NCBI GenBank assembly: GCA_965261105.1
Contig: CBDHCM010000006.1
Coordinates: 1,540,405 to 1,604,404 of the forward strand
Reading direction: 5' to 3'
Length of the DNA stretch: 64,000 nt
Source: Candidatus Aldehydirespirator sp.
GTDB taxonomy: Bacteria; Actinomycetota; Acidimicrobiia; Acidimicrobiales; Aldehydirespiratoraceae
Shown here: piece after piece, positions 63,608-64,000 of the stretch
Layout: each line of letters begins with the position of its first letter
Numbering within the stretch: position 1 is the stretch's first letter
The notes under the pieces: generated by a model
The model's input: the letters and a program-made list of their open reading frames with translations, nothing else
What the model was told of the DNA's origin: nothing
The model's database searches: none
Made by a program: the position numbers and the translations under genes

Positions 63608-64000
63608 GTCTGGGCCTCGTCGTGGCCGCCCGCACCGCCGTCTCCGCCCAGTTCCGGCTGGGCTCCGGTAGTCGTGGGCGGCATCGTCGCGGGCTCGGCT
63701 CGGCGACGCTCCCCTGGCTCGGTGTCGAGCTCTGCGGAGACGCGCAGCTGGCGCAGCGCGTACTCTGCGATCTTGCTAACGGTGGGCGCGGCCAGCCGTC
63801 CCCCCGATATGCGGTCGCCCTTGGGCTGGTCGATCACGACGAGCACGACGAGGGCCGGGCCGTCGTCGTTGCTCACGATCCCCGCGAAAGTGGCGGTGTG
63901 GTGACGGCCGATCAGCTCGTCGCTCTCGTTCAGGCACTCGTAGCCCACGTCGCACGGCTGCCACGCCGTGCCGGTCTTGCCGGCCACCGAGAAGCCCTCC
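63604..64000 (-). CDS. ftsI: Class B penicillin-binding protein (FtsI-type), C-terminal part only; 5' end beyond the window
   Basis: AGKTGTA (KTG box) and ...AAPTVSKIAEYALRQL. ATGA overlap with murE. Confidence 0.8.
   Translation of the reverse strand, partial: EGFSVAGKTGTAWQPCDVGYECLNESDELIGRHHTATFAGIVSNDDGPALVVLVVIDQPKGDRISGGRLAAPTVSKIAEYALRQLRVSAELDTEPGERRRAEPATMPPTTTGAQPELGGDGGAGGHDEAQT

Overview
This is a high-GC, gene-dense chromosomal segment that looks actinobacterial. The markers are a Bpa-type proteasome activator, an MshD-like GNAT, the SepF/DivIVA/dcw layout and a his operon with a PriA-like hisA. Most genes are on the minus strand. In order, the window holds:
- a BMP-family ABC importer operon (1-5588);
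- an SNF2 helicase plus a coupled small basic protein;
- a 1199-aa indolepyruvate:ferredoxin oxidoreductase;
- hisD-C-B-H-A-F, nth, an mshD-like GNAT, a small membrane protein and menG;
- a TlpA-like redoxin interrupted by one in-frame TGA exactly at the first Cys of CxxC;
- a Cys-rich lipoprotein, a ybaK-like deacylase, menA, an orphan OmpR-type regulator and a DUF255 thioredoxin-domain protein;
- a ~4.2 kb accessory islet with two VapBC-type TA pairs, a DUF222-HNH pseudogene and a truncated DUF4143 ATPase;
- thiolase/DUF35, a nitroreductase, dnaE, bpa, a phosphodiesterase and an Rrf2 regulator;
- an osmoprotectant cluster: ProX lipoprotein, BCCT transporter and a ProX-domain::GluR0-type K+ channel fusion;
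- rluD-lspA-dksA-like, then divIVA-yggT-sepF-yggS-pgeF-ftsZ-ftsQ-murB-murC-murG-ftsW-murD-mraY-murE-ftsI.

I saw no rRNA, tRNA or CRISPR array.

The most notable observations are:
1. The compatible-solute-binding domain fused to a ligand-gated K+ channel, next to BCCT/ProX.
2. A candidate selenocysteine (UxxC) redoxin with a SECIS-like hairpin.
3. Recurrent tandem duplications of gene start regions. Three of the four create mini-ORFs chained by ATGA/GTGA stop-start overlaps (hisB, menG, Rrf2); the permease case gives a non-overlapping 8-codon mini-ORF.
4. A near-identical 867-bp in-gene duplication giving a two-domain BMP binding protein.
5. A modular ~50-140 bp intergenic repeat family.

All functional calls come from reading translated ORFs and remembered family motifs. 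No database search or folding program was run.
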